DNA of 63,920 bases, counting the filler, from Octopus bimaculoides (Eukaryota): the NCBI RefSeq assembly GCF_001194135.2. It is 5 parts of 5 records of this genome, joined end to end, with 100 filler letters (N's around TTAATTAATTAA, not from the genome) between each part and the next. Parts side by side here need not be neighbours in the genome. Positions count along the whole stretch, not along the records: positions 62,907 to 63,920 come from NW_026392244.1; 4 more parts are not named here. One strand, 5' to 3'. The position numbers and the translations under genes are program-made. The notes below the pieces were generated by a model. The model was not told the DNA's origin. It saw nothing but the letters and a program-made list of their open reading frames with translations, and searched no databases. Positions 62,807 through 63,920 of the stretch are shown piece after piece; the stretch's first letter is position 1; each line of letters opens with the position of its first letter.

Positions 62807-63640
62807 NNNNNNNNNNNNNNNNNNNNNNNNNNNNNNNNNNNNNNNNNNNNTTAATTAATTAANNNNNNNNNNNNNNNNNNNNNNNNNNNNNNNNNNNNNN
62901 NNNNNNAGCAGATTTGATTGACAAAAACCGTCGTGCGTGTGTTTGTGTCTGTGTGTCCGTGTATGTGTGTGTACGTACATGTCTTTGTGTCTGTTTGTCC
63001 TCCACCACCACTTGACAACCGTCGTTGGTGCGTTTACGGCCCAATAACTTAGCGGTTCAGCAAAAGAGGCTGGTAGAATAAGTACCAGGCTTTTATAAAA
63101 ATAATTAGAACTGGGGTCGATTCATTCGACTAAAATTCCTTTAAGGTGGTGCCTCAACATGGGCGCAGCCTAATGACTGAAACAAGTAAAAGATGAAAAT
63201 TATATCGTAAAAATCTACTATAATAATATTCTTGTGTTTTCTCCGTCACAACATTTGAATGAGAAAGGAAGGGGTGATGATAAGCTGGTAGTGGAATGAT
63301 GGAAATTCTACAGTGAAAAAATCAAACAGCGTTTCAACCCTGTGTGAGTATATATGTGTGCGTATACAAAGGAAGTATGTGAATGTTTGTATGTGTGATT
63401 ATTATGTACCTTATTTTGTACCTTATTTATATATAAATTACTTCAATTAGCCGTCATTTCCAATGGCACGGGGTCAGCTAGTGTAAATGATAACATTTTA
63501 GACAACGGTTAGTTTTATGTCCGAATTTTACGGATTCGGATTATTGCATGTTACTCAAATTTCTAACAATATCCGTATAACGACAGTTTCCCAGCTGAAG
63601 AGATCTTATGTGATATCTTTTTTCTTTTTTCTTTTTACAG

Positions 63641-63786
63641 AAGCAGTATAGATTCTGTTACAGCCTTTTGGATCTTTACAATCGTTTCATAACTACTAAA
63701 AACAATAAAGATCAGAAGAATCAAGACAAAAATGTACAAAATAACATTCACAAACAAAATACTTCAATTTCCTCATAACCTAAGCG
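63641..63786 (+). other. Candidate exon of a + strand gene at the window edge
   Basis: Very strong acceptor (tttttcttttttctttttacag) and donor AGCG|gtaata; coding interpretation ambiguous (see findings). Confidence 0.3.
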
Positions 63787-63920
63787 GTAATATTTCATGT
63801 AAGACTAATCGCAGTAAGTTTTCTCTGTTGAAAAGTGTCAATTCTCTACAATCGGTTTGTTAATCTTCAAATGAGGTAGTTCAGAGAGAAAACAGGATTT
63901 AAATTGGCGCAATTTCTTTC

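Noticed and set aside
1-63920. Second S-crystallin paralog, or an intact transposase/reverse transcriptase
   Set aside because: S-crystallins are often multi-copy, but no further exon-like matches were seen on either strand; all TE coding remnants are truncated or contain stops. Gaps could hide small pieces.

Overview
AT-rich, microsatellite- and SINE-dense eukaryotic DNA, inferred to be from an octopus (coleoid cephalopod), with roughly 7.5 kb of N gaps and four artificial 100-bp scaffold linkers. One complete gene is solid: a 6-exon lens S-crystallin (sigma-class GST derivative) on the + strand, join(8355..8487,11512..11607,13873..13988,16183..16212,18226..18333,20872..21036), 215 aa, with TATA/Inr promoter and AATAAA. 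A second, convergent - strand gene is partly visible: three phase 1-1 exons (33946-33824, 29427-29311, 28109-27921), each a six-Cys PLAC-like module, followed by an S/T/P stalk and a possible GPI-signal exon; its 5' part is uncertain. The rest is transposon debris: several tRNA-derived SINE families, a nest of Dong/R4-type retrotransposon 3' ends all sitting in (TAA)n, CR1- and RTE-like fragments, Tc1, Tigger and hAT derivatives with readable TIRs/TSDs, foldback palindromes and minisatellites. No CRISPR array, rRNA or intact transposase/RT. I found no clearly new multi-gene system; the best leads are the uncharacterised Cys-repeat gene, the frame-preserving loop micro-exon of the crystallin, and the TAA-targeted retrotransposon nest. 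All alignments and counts were done by eye, no database search.
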